DNA from: Squalus acanthias | Lineage: Eukaryota | Assembly (NCBI GenBank): GCA_030390025.1 | Contig: CM059431.1 | Span: forward strand, 134,046,001 to 134,110,000 | Direction of reading: 5' to 3' | Length of the DNA: 64,000 nucleotides | Shown here: positions 50,327 to 62,438 of the stretch, one piece after another | How the letters are laid out: every line of letters begins with the position of its first letter | Position numbering within the stretch: the stretch's first letter is position 1 | Translations under genes and position numbers: made by a program | The notes under the pieces: generated by a model | Database searches by the model: none | Seen by the model: only the letters and a program-made list of their open reading frames with translations | What the model was told of the DNA's origin: nothing

Positions 50327-53019
50327 CCTCCTGCCCCTTACCTTGAAACTATGCCCACTGGTTATTGAGCCCTCTACTAAGGGGAAAAGTTCCTTTCTAT
50401 CTACCCTATCTATGCCCCTCATAATTTTGTACACCTCAATCAGGTCACCCCTCAGCCTTCTCTGCTCTAAGGAAAACAACCCCAGCCTGTCCAGTCTCTC
50501 TTGATAGCTGAAGCAGTGCAGCCCAGGTAACATCCTGGTGAATCTCCACTGCACCCTCTCCAATGCAATCACATCCTTCCTATAGTGTGGCGACCAGAAC
50601 TGCACACAGAATTCCAGCTGTGGCCTAACCAGCGTTTCGTACAGCTCCATCATAACCTCCCTGCTCTTATATTCTATGCCTCGGCTAATGAAGGCAAGTA
50701 TCCCATATGCCTTTTTAACCACCTTATCTACCTGTCCTGCTGCCTTCAGGGATCTATGTACATACACACCAAGGTCCCTCTGATCCTCTGTCCTTCCTAG
50801 GGTCCTACCATTCATTGTGTATTCCCTTGCCTTGTTAGTCCTCCCAAAATGCATCACCTCACACTTTTCAGGGTTAAATTCCATTTGTCACTGTTCTGCC
50901 CATCTGACCAACCCGTCTGTATCGTCCTGTCGCCTGAGGCTTCCCTCCTCGCTATTTATCACCCCACCAATTTTCGTGTCATCTGCGAACTTACTGATCA
51001 TACCTCCTACATTCATATCTAAATTATTAATGTACACTACAAACAGCAAAGGACCCAGCACCGATCCCTGCAGTACACCACTGGACACAGGCTTCCAGGC
51101 ACAAAAACAATCTTCGACCATCACCCTCTGCCTCCTGCCACTAAGCCAATTTTCGATCCAATGTGCTAAGTTGCCCTGGAGCCCATGGGTTCTTAGCTTC
51201 TTGACCAGTCTCCCATGCGGGACTTTGTCAAAAGCCTTACTGAAGTCCATGTAGACCACATCAACTGCACTACCCTCATCCACACACCTAGTCACCTCCT
51301 CGAAAAATTCAATCAAATTGGTTAGACATGATCTCCCCCTGACAAAGCCATGCTGACTATCCTTGATTAATCCTTGCCTCTCCAAGTGGAGACTAATTCT
51401 GTCCCTCAGAATTTTTTCCAATAATTTCCCTACCACTGATGTTAGGCTCACTGGCCTGTAATTCCCTGGTTTATCCCTACTACCCTTCTTGAATAATGGT
51501 ACTATGTTAGCTGTTCTCCAGTCCTCTGGCACCTCCCCTGTGGCAAGAGAGGTTCTGAAAATTTGCGTCAGAGCCCTTGCAATCTCCTCCCTTGCCTCAC
51601 ACAGCAGCCTGGGATACATCTCGTCTGGGCCTGGGGATTTATCCACTTTTAAGCCCGCTAAAACCGCTAGTACCTCCTCCCTCTCAATACTAATTTGTTC
51701 AAGTATATCACAATCCGCCTGCCTGATTTCTATGCCAACATCGTCCTTCTCCATATTGAACACAGATGCAAAATATTCATTTAAAACCGTACCTACATCT
51801 TCTGGCTCTACACACAGATTGCCACTTTGGTCCTGAATGGGCCCTACTCTTTCCCTCTTACCCTTAATATACTTATAAAACACCTTGGGATTTTCCTTTA
51901 TTTTGCCCGCCAGTGTTATTTTATGCCCCCTCTTCGCTCTCCTAATTTCTTTTTTAAGTACCCCCCTGCACTTTCTATACTCCTCTAGGGCTTTCAATTT
52001 TTTTTAGTCCTTTGTATCTGCCAAAAGCCTCCGTTTTTTTCCTAATCCATTCTCGTATATCCCTTGACATCCAGGGTTCCCTGGACTTATTGGTCCCACC
52101 CTTGACCTTTACGGGAACATGTTGCCGTTGTACTCTCTCTATTTCCTTTCTGAAAGACTCCCATTGCTCTGATGTGGATTTTCCTACAAGTAGCTGATCC
52201 CAGTCCACTTTGGCCAGATCCTGCCTTATCATATTAAAATCGGCCTTCCCCCAATTTAGAACCTTTATTTCCGGTCCATCTTTGTCCTTTTCCATGACTA
52301 CCTTAAATCTCACCAAATTATGGTCACTGTCACCAAAATGCTGACACTTCTACCACTTGCCCGGCTACATTCCCTAGAATTAGGTCCAGTACCGCCCCCT
52401 CTCTTGTAGGACTTTCTACATGCTGGCTCAAAAAGCTCTCCTGGATACACGTTAAGAATTCCGCACCCTCTAAGCCTTTCACACTCTGACTATCCCAGTT
52501 AATATTGGGGAAGTTGAAATCCCCTACTATTATTACCCTATTATTTCTACACTTCTCTGAGATTTGCCTACATATCTGTTCCTCTATCTCCCCCTGACTG
52601 TTTGGGGGCCTTTGTACACTCCCAGCAAAGTGCTTGCCCCCTTTTTGTTTTTAAGTTCTACCCATATGGCCTCATTAGAGGAACCTGCTGAGATATCATC
52701 CCTCCTTACAGCAGTAATTGACTCCTTGATTAATATTGCGACACCCCCTCCTCTTTTACACCCCCCTCTGTCGCGCCTGATGATTCTATACCCCGGAATA
52801 TTGAGCTGCCAGTCCTGCCCCTCCCTCAACCATGTCTCTGTGATAGCAACAATATCATGCTCCCATGTGTTCATCAACACCTTCAATTCATCAACCTTAC
52901 TCGCAAGACTCCTTGCATTAAAATAAATGCCATCCAGCCTTGCCATACTCCTTTGTGCCGTTACATATTTGCTCTGCCTGCCAGGCTGACTTGTTTTTTC
53001 CTCTATATTTGGCTGTGCA

Positions 53020-54013
53020 TCACCCCCTACTATAGCTCCACTCCGTATCCCATCCCCCTGCCAAGTTATTTAAACCCCCCCCAACAGTACTAGCAAACCT
53101 CCTCACAAGGATGTTGGTCCCGTTCCGGTTCAGGTGCAACCCGTCCGACTTGTACAGGTCCCACCTTCCCCAGAAGCAGACCCAGTGATCCAGGAAACTA
53201 AAGCCCTCCCTCCTGCACCAACTCTTTAGCCACGCATTCATCTGCTCTATCCTCCTATTCCTGTACTCACTAGCACGTGGCACCGGGAGTAATCCAGAGA
53301 TTACAACCTTTGAGGTCCTGCTTTTTAATCTGCTACCTAGCTCCCTAAATTCTTGTTGCAGGACCTCATCCCTCTTTCTACCCATGTCGTTGGTACCAAT
53401 GTGAACCACGACCTCTGACTGTTCGCCCTCCCCCTTCAGAATGACCTGCAGCCGTTCAGTGACATCCTTGACCCTGGCACCAGGGAGGCAACATACCATC
53501 CTGGAGTCACGTCTGCGGCCACAGAAAGGCTAATCTGTTCCCTTACGATAGAATCCCCTATCACTATTGCTCTCCCACTCTTTTATCTCCCCTCCTGTGC
53601 AGCTGAGCCAGTCGTAGTGCCACGGACTTGGCTCTTGCTGCATTCCCCTGAGAAACCCTCTCCCCCATCAGTATCCAAAACGGAAAATCTGTCGGAGAGG
53701 GAGATGGACCCAGGGGACTTCTGCACTACCTTCCTAGTTCTTTTACTCTGTCTGGTGGTCACCCATTCCCTGTCTGCCTGTGCACTCTTTACCTGCGGTG
53801 TGACCACCTTGTTAAACGTGCTATCCACGAAGATCTCAGCTTCGCGATGCTCCACAGTGACTCCAGCTGCAGCTGCAGCTCCGAAACGTGGATTTCGAGT
53901 AGCTGCAGCTGGAGACACTTCCTGCACATGTGTTTGCCCTGGACACCTCAAGTGTCCCTGACTTCCCACATAGCACAGGAGGAGCACTCCACGCTGCCGA
54001 GCTGCCCTGCCAT
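53020..54013 (-). pseudogene. CR1 ORF1, zinc finger plus SGNH/GDSL esterase-like domain
   Basis: ATG at 54013 gives MAGQLGSVECSSCAMWEV...CRKCLQL; later VIGDSIV, CLPGA, HIGTND and DGLHLN. Frameshifted. Confidence 0.9.
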
Positions 54014-54226
54014 GTCCTACCCTTAATTTACTCCCTTTAAATTAAAGAATATTAAATACACTAGGGACCTTACTTCCCTTTAAACACTACTTACTCTAAA
54101 CTAGAGACCTTACTTTTACTTTAAATACCATAGAAATACTCACCACTGGTTCTCTGTCCCCTCTTGTGCAGCTTTTTAGCTCCTGCTCTCCTGGAAGCTG
54201 ACAAAGATGGAAAAAGAAAGGAACAC

Positions 54227-54449
54227 CTCCCACCCTCCCACCCCCCTCCCTCCCACCCCCCTCCCTCCCTCCCCCCTCCTCCCTCCCTCCCCCCCTCCTC
54301 CCCCCCTCCTCCCCCCTCCTCCCTCCTCCCTCCTCCCCCCTCCTCCCTCCTCCCCCCCTCCTCCCTCCTCCCTCCTCCTCCCTCCTCCCTCCTCCCTCCT
54401 CCCTCCTCCCTCCTCCCTCCTCCCTCCTCCCTCCTCCCTCCTCCCTCCT
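54227..54449. repeat. (CCTCCCT)n / C-rich microsatellite in the CR1 5' region
   Basis: Nearly pure pyrimidine tract with a 7-nt period in its right half. Confidence 0.95.
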
Positions 54450-55949
54450 CTCGCAGTTTAACACTCTGTTCCGATCTGCACTCCGTGACAAACTGCAATC
54501 TAGCCTCCCTTATTTATACTGCTGAGATTTAAATAAGTGAGCTCTCTGGCAGTTACAGAACCAGATTAGACCACTTAATTAATTAATTACTCTCACCTGC
54601 TCTCCAGCACAGAGCTTGCTAAGCCCTGCCCAAGCCTGGAAGAAATTTAAATGCTAATTGCAAGCATACAAGACTAGAATTTATAAAAATAAGAGATTAA
54701 CCTTTAAGATTCACTCCCTCACTCACCAAACTCGCAGCTTAACACTCTGTTCCGATCTGCGCTATGATTCTACAAGTGATGGACGGTGTCATCGACAGTG
54801 CTATCAAGTGGCACTTACTTACCAATAACCTGCTCACCGATGCTCAGTTTAGGTCCAGACCTCATTACAGCCATTACAGCCAAACATAGACAAAAGAGCT
54901 GAATTCCAGAGGTGAGGTGAGAGTGACTGCCCTTGACATCAAGGCAGCATTTGACCAAGTGTGGCATCAAGGAGCCTTAGTAAAATTGAAGTCAATGGGA
55001 ATCGGGAGAAAACTCTCCACTGGCTGGAGTCATACCTAGCATAAAGGAAGGTGGTTGTGGTTGTTGGAGGCCAATCATCTGAGCCCCAGGACATCGTTGC
55101 AGGATTTCCTCAGGGCAGTGTTCTGAGCCCAACCACCTTCAGCTGCTTCACCAAAGACCTTCCCTCCATCATAAGGTCAGAAGTGGGAATGTTCGCCGAT
55201 GATTGCATCGTGTTCAGTTCCATTTGCAACTCCTCTGATAATGAAGCAGTCCATGCCTGCATGCAGCATGACCGGGATGACATTGCAGCTTGTGCTGAGA
55301 AGTGGCAGGTAACATGTGTGTCACACAAGTGCCAGGCAATAACAATCTCCAACAAGAGCGTCTAACCACCGCCCCTTGACATTCAATGACATTACCATCA
55401 TCAAATCCCCCACCATCAACATCCTGGGGTCACCATTGACCAGGAACTTAACTGGACAAGCCACATAAATACTGTGGCTACAAGAGTAGGTTAGAGGCTG
55501 GGTATTCTGTGGCGAGTGTCTCACCTCCTGACTCCCCGAAGACTTTCCACCATCTGCAAGGCACAAGTCAGGAGTGTGATGGAATACTCTCCACTTGCCT
55601 GGATGAGCACAGCTCCAACAACACTCAAGAAGCTCGACACCATCTATGACTAAGCAGCCCATTTGATCGGCACCCCATCCACCACCTTAAACATTCACTC
55701 CCTCCATGGCTGCAGTGTGTACCATCCACAAGATGCACTGCAGCAACTCGCCAAGGCTTCTTCGACAGCACCTCCCAAACCCGGGACCCCTACCACCTAG
55801 AAGGACAAGGACAGCAGGCGCATGGGAACACCATCACCTGCAATAACCTCACTTTACCCTACATTATACTCCATCTGCCACCTTACTGCCCACTCACTTA
55901 ATCTACCTCTATCCCTTTGCAGACTCTTTGTGTTCTCCTCACAGCTTAC

Positions 55950-58900
55950 TGAGAGGGAGGGATTCAGAGGGGGGAGAGACAGAGGGAATCGGAGGGGGGC
56001 GGGAGAGGGGATCGGAGGGGAGAGAGCGAGGGAATCGGAGGGAGGAGGGAGATAGGTAATTGGAGGGGGGAGAGGGAATCGGAGGGGGTGAGAGAAATGT
56101 AGTCAGAGTGGGAGAGAGAGGAAATTGGAAGGTGAGAAAGAGAGATGGAATCGGAGGGGAGAGAGAGAGAGGGAATCGGAGGGGGTAAGAGAGTAGGAAT
56201 CGGAGCGGGAGAGAGAGAGAGAATTGGGGGAGAGAGAGGGAATCAGAGAGGGGAGAGAGAGAGGGATTCAGAGGAGGGAGAGACAGAGGGAATCGGAGGG
56301 GGTAAGAGAGTAGGAATCGGAGTGGGAGAGAGAGAGAGAATTGGGGGAGAGAGAGGGAATCAGAGAGGGGAGAGAGAGAGGGATTCAGAGGGGGGAGAGA
56401 CAGAGGGAATCGGAGGGGGGAGAGAGAGAGCTGGTTGGAAAGTGAGAAAGAGAGAGGGAATCGGAGGGGAGAGAGAGAGAATCGAAGAGCGGAGAGGGGA
56501 GAGGGGATCGGAGGGGGAGAGAGAGGGAATCGGGGGGGAGAGAGAGAGAATCGAAGAGCGGAGAGGGGAGAGGGGATCGGAGGGGGAGAGAGAGGGAATT
56601 GGGGGGGGAGAAAGAGAGAATCGAAGAGGGGAGAGGGGATCGGAGGGAGGAGGGAAATAGGGATTCAGTTGGGGGAGAGAAGAAATCGGAGGTGGAGAGA
56701 GAGGGTCAGAGGAAGAGAGAGAGGGGGATCGGAGGGAGAGAAAGAGAGAATTGGTGGAGGTGGAGAGAGAGGGAATCGGGGGAGAGAGGGGGCACCGGAG
56801 GGAGCTAGAGGGAATCGGAGGGTAGAGAAAGAGGGGATGGGAGGGGGAGACAGAGGGAATCTGACGGGGAGAGAGAGGGGAATCGGAAGGGGGTGAGAAA
56901 GAGTGGGAATATGGGAGAAAGAGAGGGGATCGGAGTGGGAGAGAGAGAGTGGGGATCTGAGAGGGAGAGAGGGAGAGGATCAGAGGGGGAGAGAGAGAGA
57001 GAGAATCGGAGGGGGGGAGAGAGAGAGAGAGAATCGGAGGGGAAGAGAGAGAGAGAGAGAATCGGAGGGGAGAGAGGAAATCGGGGGAGAGAGGGGTAAT
57101 CGGAGGCAGGGAGAGAGGATCGGAGGGTGGAGAGAGAGAGAATCGGAGGAGAGAGAGGTAGGGGAGAGAGGGATTGGAGAGGGAGAGAGAGGGAATCGGA
57201 GGGGGAGAGGGAGGGGAGAGAGGGATTGGAGAGGGAGAGAGAGGGAATCGGAGGGGGAGAGGGAGGGAATCGGAGGGGGAGAGGGAGGGGAGAGAGGGAT
57301 TGGAGAGGGAGAGAGAGGGAATCGGAGGAGGAGAGGGAGGGAATCGGAGGGGGAGAGGGAGGGCATCGGAGGGAGAGAGAGCCGATCGGATGGGGAAAGA
57401 GAAGGAATTGGAGGGGGAGGGAGAGGGATTCTGATGGGGAGAGAGAGAGGGAATCGGAAGGGGGCGAGAAAGAGTGGGAATCGGGCAGAAAGAGAGGGGA
57501 TCGGAGTGGGAGAGAGGGAGAGAATCGCAGGGAGAGAGAGAGGGGGAATCGGGGAAGATAAAGAGGGGTCGGAGGGGAAGAGAGAAAGGGAATCGGAGGG
57601 GGGAGAGAGGGAATTGGGTGGAGAGAGAGAGGATCAGAGATTGTAGAGTTTCGCAATTATCGCGATTCAAAATAACATGAGAGAAGCAGATTCAATTGAT
57701 CATTTTTATTAAACGAAATGCTGTCCTGATAATAAAGGACACAGAAGCCTGTAAAATGGCCACCGCGCATCGTGGCAGAAGCTTCCAGAGACACAGTGGG
57801 CAGACAAGATGGCGTCGAATACACATTCAGTATGAGATCGGATCATACTCGGTACACATTGTAAAGACAGGATGCAACCCGTTCGCATCTTGAACAATAG
57901 CAATGATATAAGTGCTGGAATCGTTTCCTACGCACAGTAAGGATCATTGAACTGGGCCATCGAGAACCCATCCAGACACATCAATACACAAATACCCCCC
58001 CGGCTCAACAATGAGAGAGACATTGGCGGGTGATTAAGCCAGTATTCGGGGGGCCCCAAAACCAGTCGAGGAGACGATTCATACACATCCTGGCTGGCTC
58101 AACAATGGAGAAGGTATTAATGGATAGTTGGTCAGTTTCAGGTGCTACCGAAACCCGTTAAGATAATCGCCCCATGCTGGGAGTTTTGAGCGCCAAAATC
58201 ACACAAAGAATAACATTTAGATTTGAGCGGGAGATAAGGCCGACAAAGCAGTATAACTATAGGGGACAAATGTCCATCAGTCGCTTGACTCGCTCTCTCG
58301 CTTCCTGGCCTCTCTCTCTTGACTCTTGCTGAACTCTTCCTTGACTCTGGGCTCTGGATTCTCTTGACTCTCGCTTCCTGGCCTCGCTTTTGACTCTTCC
58401 TGAGCTCTTGCTGGACTCTTTTGACTCTTGACTCTTAGCCGTGCTGGTCGGTTATTCGAGTGTTGGGTGGAGCTCAATCGGAACGAGCCGCCTCGACAGA
58501 GCAAGTAACAGGGTACACCATCCCGAGTGTCGGTAAACGGTGTCCGGACCCGGAGGCCCGAGTGACGAGAAGAAAGACGAGAAGAAAGACGAGAAGAAAT
58601 TCCACGTGCCGCCGCGGTCAGTAAACCCCGACCGCTCCCGAAGATATAACGACAGAACTCATCTTTGAATTCTACCGACTACTACATGTACCGTTTCTTT
58701 TGAATTCTACGGATTACTGCACGATCCGGTCTGAAATCCATCGACTGCTTCGTGACATCAGGGAATCTGGCTTACCTTTCGCGGCAGCGAGAGTAAACAA
58801 GTGGGGTGCAGAAACCCTCACAACCACGTGACAGTCAGGCACTGCAGCGAAACGAGCTGAGTGCCCCACTTTAAATTTCCGAAGTAAGCCGAGTGGTGAG

Positions 58901-61900
58901 CATGTTTTCCGATCCTACAAATCCAGACGTAGTTTAGGTATATTGAGGGAGGGTGGTTTTTCTAAGGTTAATGTATAATGTGTTCCCCCTTTTACGATGT
59001 GTCGTGTGTTCCTCATTTCCATAGACCAACTTTTATGAACGTGTGTATACTTGTACTCTCTTTGATCTGCGCCTATGACATGTATTTCATGATTTTAGAC
59101 GCCATGCAATAAAGATATTCATTTTGTGCTATTCAACCGAGTCTATTTGAGTTTTCTCTGCATTACTGCTCCTTGCATCTAAGTCCAGGTGTCAGAACCG
59201 TAAGGGCAGAGTGGGTCGAACCACTCACAGGTGCTTATTGCAAAAGTCTGGCCGGAGACCAGAGCAAGCAATAGTATAGGCAACGAAGGCCTCACCTCGC
59301 ACCAGTACCGTGACCCCTTACAAGATGGAGAGAGGGAATCGGAGGGGGCAAGAGAGAGGGAATCGGAGGGGGGAGAGAGGGAGTTGGGCGGAGAGAGAGA
59401 GGATCAGAGATGGAGAGAGGGGATCAAAGCGGAGAGAGGGAATCAGGGGAGAGAGAGGGAATTGGAGGGAGGGAGAGAGAGAGTGTGGGAATCGGGGTAG
59501 AGAAAGAGGGGATCGGAGGGGGAGAGTGAGAGCGAATCGGAGGCCAGAGATAATCAGAGGGAGAGAAAGAGGGGTTCGGAGGGAGAGAGAGGAAATCGGA
59601 GGGAGAGGAGGGAGAGGGAATCCGAAGGGGAGAGAGAGGGGGAATCGGAGGGGGGAGAGAGAGAGAGAGAGGGAATCGGAGGGGGGAGAGAGAGGGAATT
59701 GGAGTGGGGAGAAGAGGGGATCAGAGGGAGAAGAGAGGGGATCGGAGGAGGAGAGAGAGGGGATCGGGGAGGAGAGAGAGGATCAGAGTGAGAAGAGAGG
59801 GAATCAGAGGTGGGAGAGAGAGGGGAAGTCGGAGAGTGGGAGAGAGAGGAGGAGGAGAGAGAGAGGAGGAGGGGAGAGAGAGGAGGAGGGGAGAGAGAGG
59901 AGGAGGGGAGAGAGAGAGAGGAAGGGAGAGAGAGAGAGGAGGGGGAGAGAGAGGGAATCGAAGGGGGGAGAGAGAGAGAGGGAATCGGAGGCCAGAGATA
60001 ATCAGAGGGAGAGAAAGAGGGGTTCGGTGGGAGAGGGAATCAGAAGGGGAGAGAGAGGGGGAATCGGAGGGGGGAGAGAGAGGGAATTGGAGTGGGGAGA
60101 AGAGGGGATCAGAGAGAGGAGAGAGAGGGGATCGGAGGAGGAGAGAGAGGGGATCGGAGGAGGAGAGAGAGGGGATCGGAGGAGGAGAGAGAGGGGATCG
60201 GGGGGGAGAGAGAGGATCAGAGTGGGGAGAGAGCGGATCAGATTGGGGAGAGAGGGAATCAGAAGTGGGAGAGAGGGAATCAGAGGTGGGAGAGAGAGGG
60301 GAAGTTGGAGAGTGGGAGAGAGAGGAGGAGGAGAGAGAGGAGGAGGGGAGAGAGAGGAGGAGGGAGAGAGAGAGAGAGGAGGGGGAGAGAGAGAGAGGAG
60401 GGGGAGAGAGAGAGGAGGGGGAGAGAGAGAGGAGGGGGAGCGAGAGGGAATTGGAGGGGAAGAGAGAGGGAATTGGAGGGGAAGAGAGAGGGTATCGGAG
60501 GCGGAAGAGGAGAGCGGATCAGAGGGGAAGAGAAAGAGGGGGCCGTAGGGGGCAGAGAGTTGTAATCGGGGAGTGAGAGAGGGAATCGGAGCGGAGAGAG
60601 AGGGAATCGGAGGGGGAAGAGAGAGAATCAGAGGGAAGAGAGGGAATCGGAGGGGGAAGAGAGAGAATCAGAGGGAAGAGAGGGTATTGGAGGGGGGAGA
60701 GAGGGGGAATCAGAGGGGTGAGAGAGAGGGGAGAGAGGGAATTGGAGGGGAGAGAGGGAACTAGAGGGGTGAGGGAGAATTGGAGGGGCGAGAGGGAATC
60801 GGAGGGGATAGTGAATCGGAGTGGGGAGCGAGGCTCAGAGAGCGGAGAGGGGGAGGTGGGAGAGAGGGAATTGGAGGGGGGAGAGAATGGGGAAATCGGA
60901 GCAGGGGAGAGAGGAGGGGAGAGAGAGAGAGGAGGGTGAAAGAGAGGGCATTGGAGGGGAAAAGAGAGGGTATCGGCGGGGGGAGGGAGAGAGAAGGTAT
61001 CAGGGAGAGAGAGGATATCGAGGAGAGAGAGTTAGGGAATTGGAGGGGCAGAGAGAGGGGGAATCGAAGGAGAGTGGGGGAATTGGAGGGGGAGAGAGAG
61101 GGAATCGGAGGGGGGAGAGAGTGGGAATCAGAGAGGGGAGGGAGAGAGAGGGTATCGGGGAGAGAGAGAGAGAGTATCGAGGAGAGAGAGTTAGGGAATT
61201 GGAGGGGGAGAGAGAGGGAATCGGAGGGGGGGAGAGAGTGGGAATCAGAGAGGGGAGGGAGAGAGAGGGTATCGGGGAGAGAGAGAGAGAGTATCGAGGA
61301 GAGAGAGTTAGGGAATTGGAGGGGGAGAGAGAGGGGGAATCGAAGGAGAGAGTGGGAATTGGAGGGGGAGAGAAAGGTAATCGGAGGGGGGAGAGAGAGG
61401 ATCGGATGCGGAAAGAGAGAGAGGGAATTGGAGGGGGAGAGAGCGTGGGCATTGGGGCGAGAGAGAGAGGGAATCGGAGCGGGGAGAGAGAGAGAATCGG
61501 AGGGGGAAGATAGGGAATTGGAGGGGGAAGAGGAGCGGGGATCGTAGGGGGAGAGAGAGGGGATCAGAGGGGGGGCAGAGAGAGGGTATCAGAGGGGGGG
61601 CAGAGAGAGGGTATCGGGTGGAAGGAGAGAGGGAATCGGAGGGGAGAAAGAGAGAATCGGACGGGGAAGAGAGAGAGCGGATCGGAGGCGGGGAGAGAGT
61701 GTGAATCAGAGGGGAGAATCTGAGGGGATAGAGGGAATCGGGGGGGGAGAGAGAGGATCAGATGGGTGACAGGGAATCGGAGGGGAGGGAGAGCGAATCG
61801 GAGGGGAATGAGAGAGAGGGTCGGAGGGAGGGGAGAGAGAGGGGCAAGAGGGAATCGGAGTGGGGAGAGAGGGAATCGGAGGGGAGAGAGGGAATCGGAG

Positions 61901-62222
61901 GGGTGAGAAAGGGAAGTAGAGGGGTGAGAGAGAGAATCGGAGGGGAGAGAGGGAATTGGAGGGGAGAGAGGGAATCGGAGGGGGGCGAGAGGGAATCGGA
62001 GCGGGGAGAGATGGAATCGGAGGGGTGAGAAAGGGAAGTAGAGGGGTGAGAGAGGGAATTGGAGGGGAGAGAGGGAATCGGAGGGGAGAGAGGGAATCGG
62101 AGGGGAGAGAGGGAATCGGAGGGGAGAGAGGGAATCGGAGGGGAGAGAGGGAATCGGAGGGAGAGTGAATTGGAGTGGGGAGGGAGGATCAGAGAAGGGA
62201 GAGAAGGAATCAGAGGTGAGGG
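55950..62222. repeat. GA-rich degenerate satellite (core GAGAGAGGGAATCGGAGGGG), split by a solo LTR
   Basis: Recurrent GGAATCGGAG/GGAATTGGAG motif spaced by G/A runs, with local higher-order duplications. All ORFs here are low-complexity artefacts. Confidence 0.95.
57642..59322 (+). mobile_element. Solo LTR, 1681 bp
   Basis: TGTA...TACA termini and 4-bp TSD AGAT (57638-57641, 59323-59326). The empty site GGATCAGAGATGGAGAGAGGG is present in the satellite at 59401. TATA-like at ~58252 and AATAAA at 59108-59113. Confidence 0.85.
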
Positions 62223-62438
62223 AATGCTTCAAAAACCTCGACATGCCACCATCTCAACCTGTGCACACACTGTATAAACCGCCACATCCCCAACACTCAC
62301 CCACCAACTTTGCCCACCAACCATAAGTCACATCCACATCTCACGCCCTGCATACATTAACAGCTATTCAACTATGGTAGGCACATCTGCCAAACACATA
62401 GCTGCACACTCACTCACACGCTTTCCTTTTTCTTGGAG

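Larger units (their letters stand above)
50327..54761 (-). mobile_element. Near full-length CR1 (HER1-like): ORF1 + ORF2, 3' end missing
   Basis: ORF2 fragments YFNARSL/ITETWL, KSPGPD, GVLQGSVLGP, FADD; ORF1 upstream; 5' UTR to ~54760. Confidence 0.93.
42998..55845 (+). mobile_element. LINE family A copy split into 42998-43357 and 54774-55845 by a nested cluster
   Basis: ...CTCTCAATCATCGGCAAAGTG breaks at 43357 and resumes AAGTGATGGACGGTGTC at 54774, as in the uninterrupted copy at 5010-5050. Confidence 0.85.

Noticed and set aside
54096..54532. Pro- and Gly-rich ORFs
   Set aside because: Translations of the (CCTCCCT)n microsatellite.
58286..58600. CRISPR-like or coding interpretation of the short repeats in the solo LTR
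   Set aside because: Adjacent degenerate tandem units without unique spacers; eukaryotic context and no cas genes.
55950..62244. Many long R/E/G-rich and S/P/L-rich ORFs (up to 436 aa)
   Set aside because: Artefacts of the GA satellite, which rarely makes stop codons; open in several frames on both strands.
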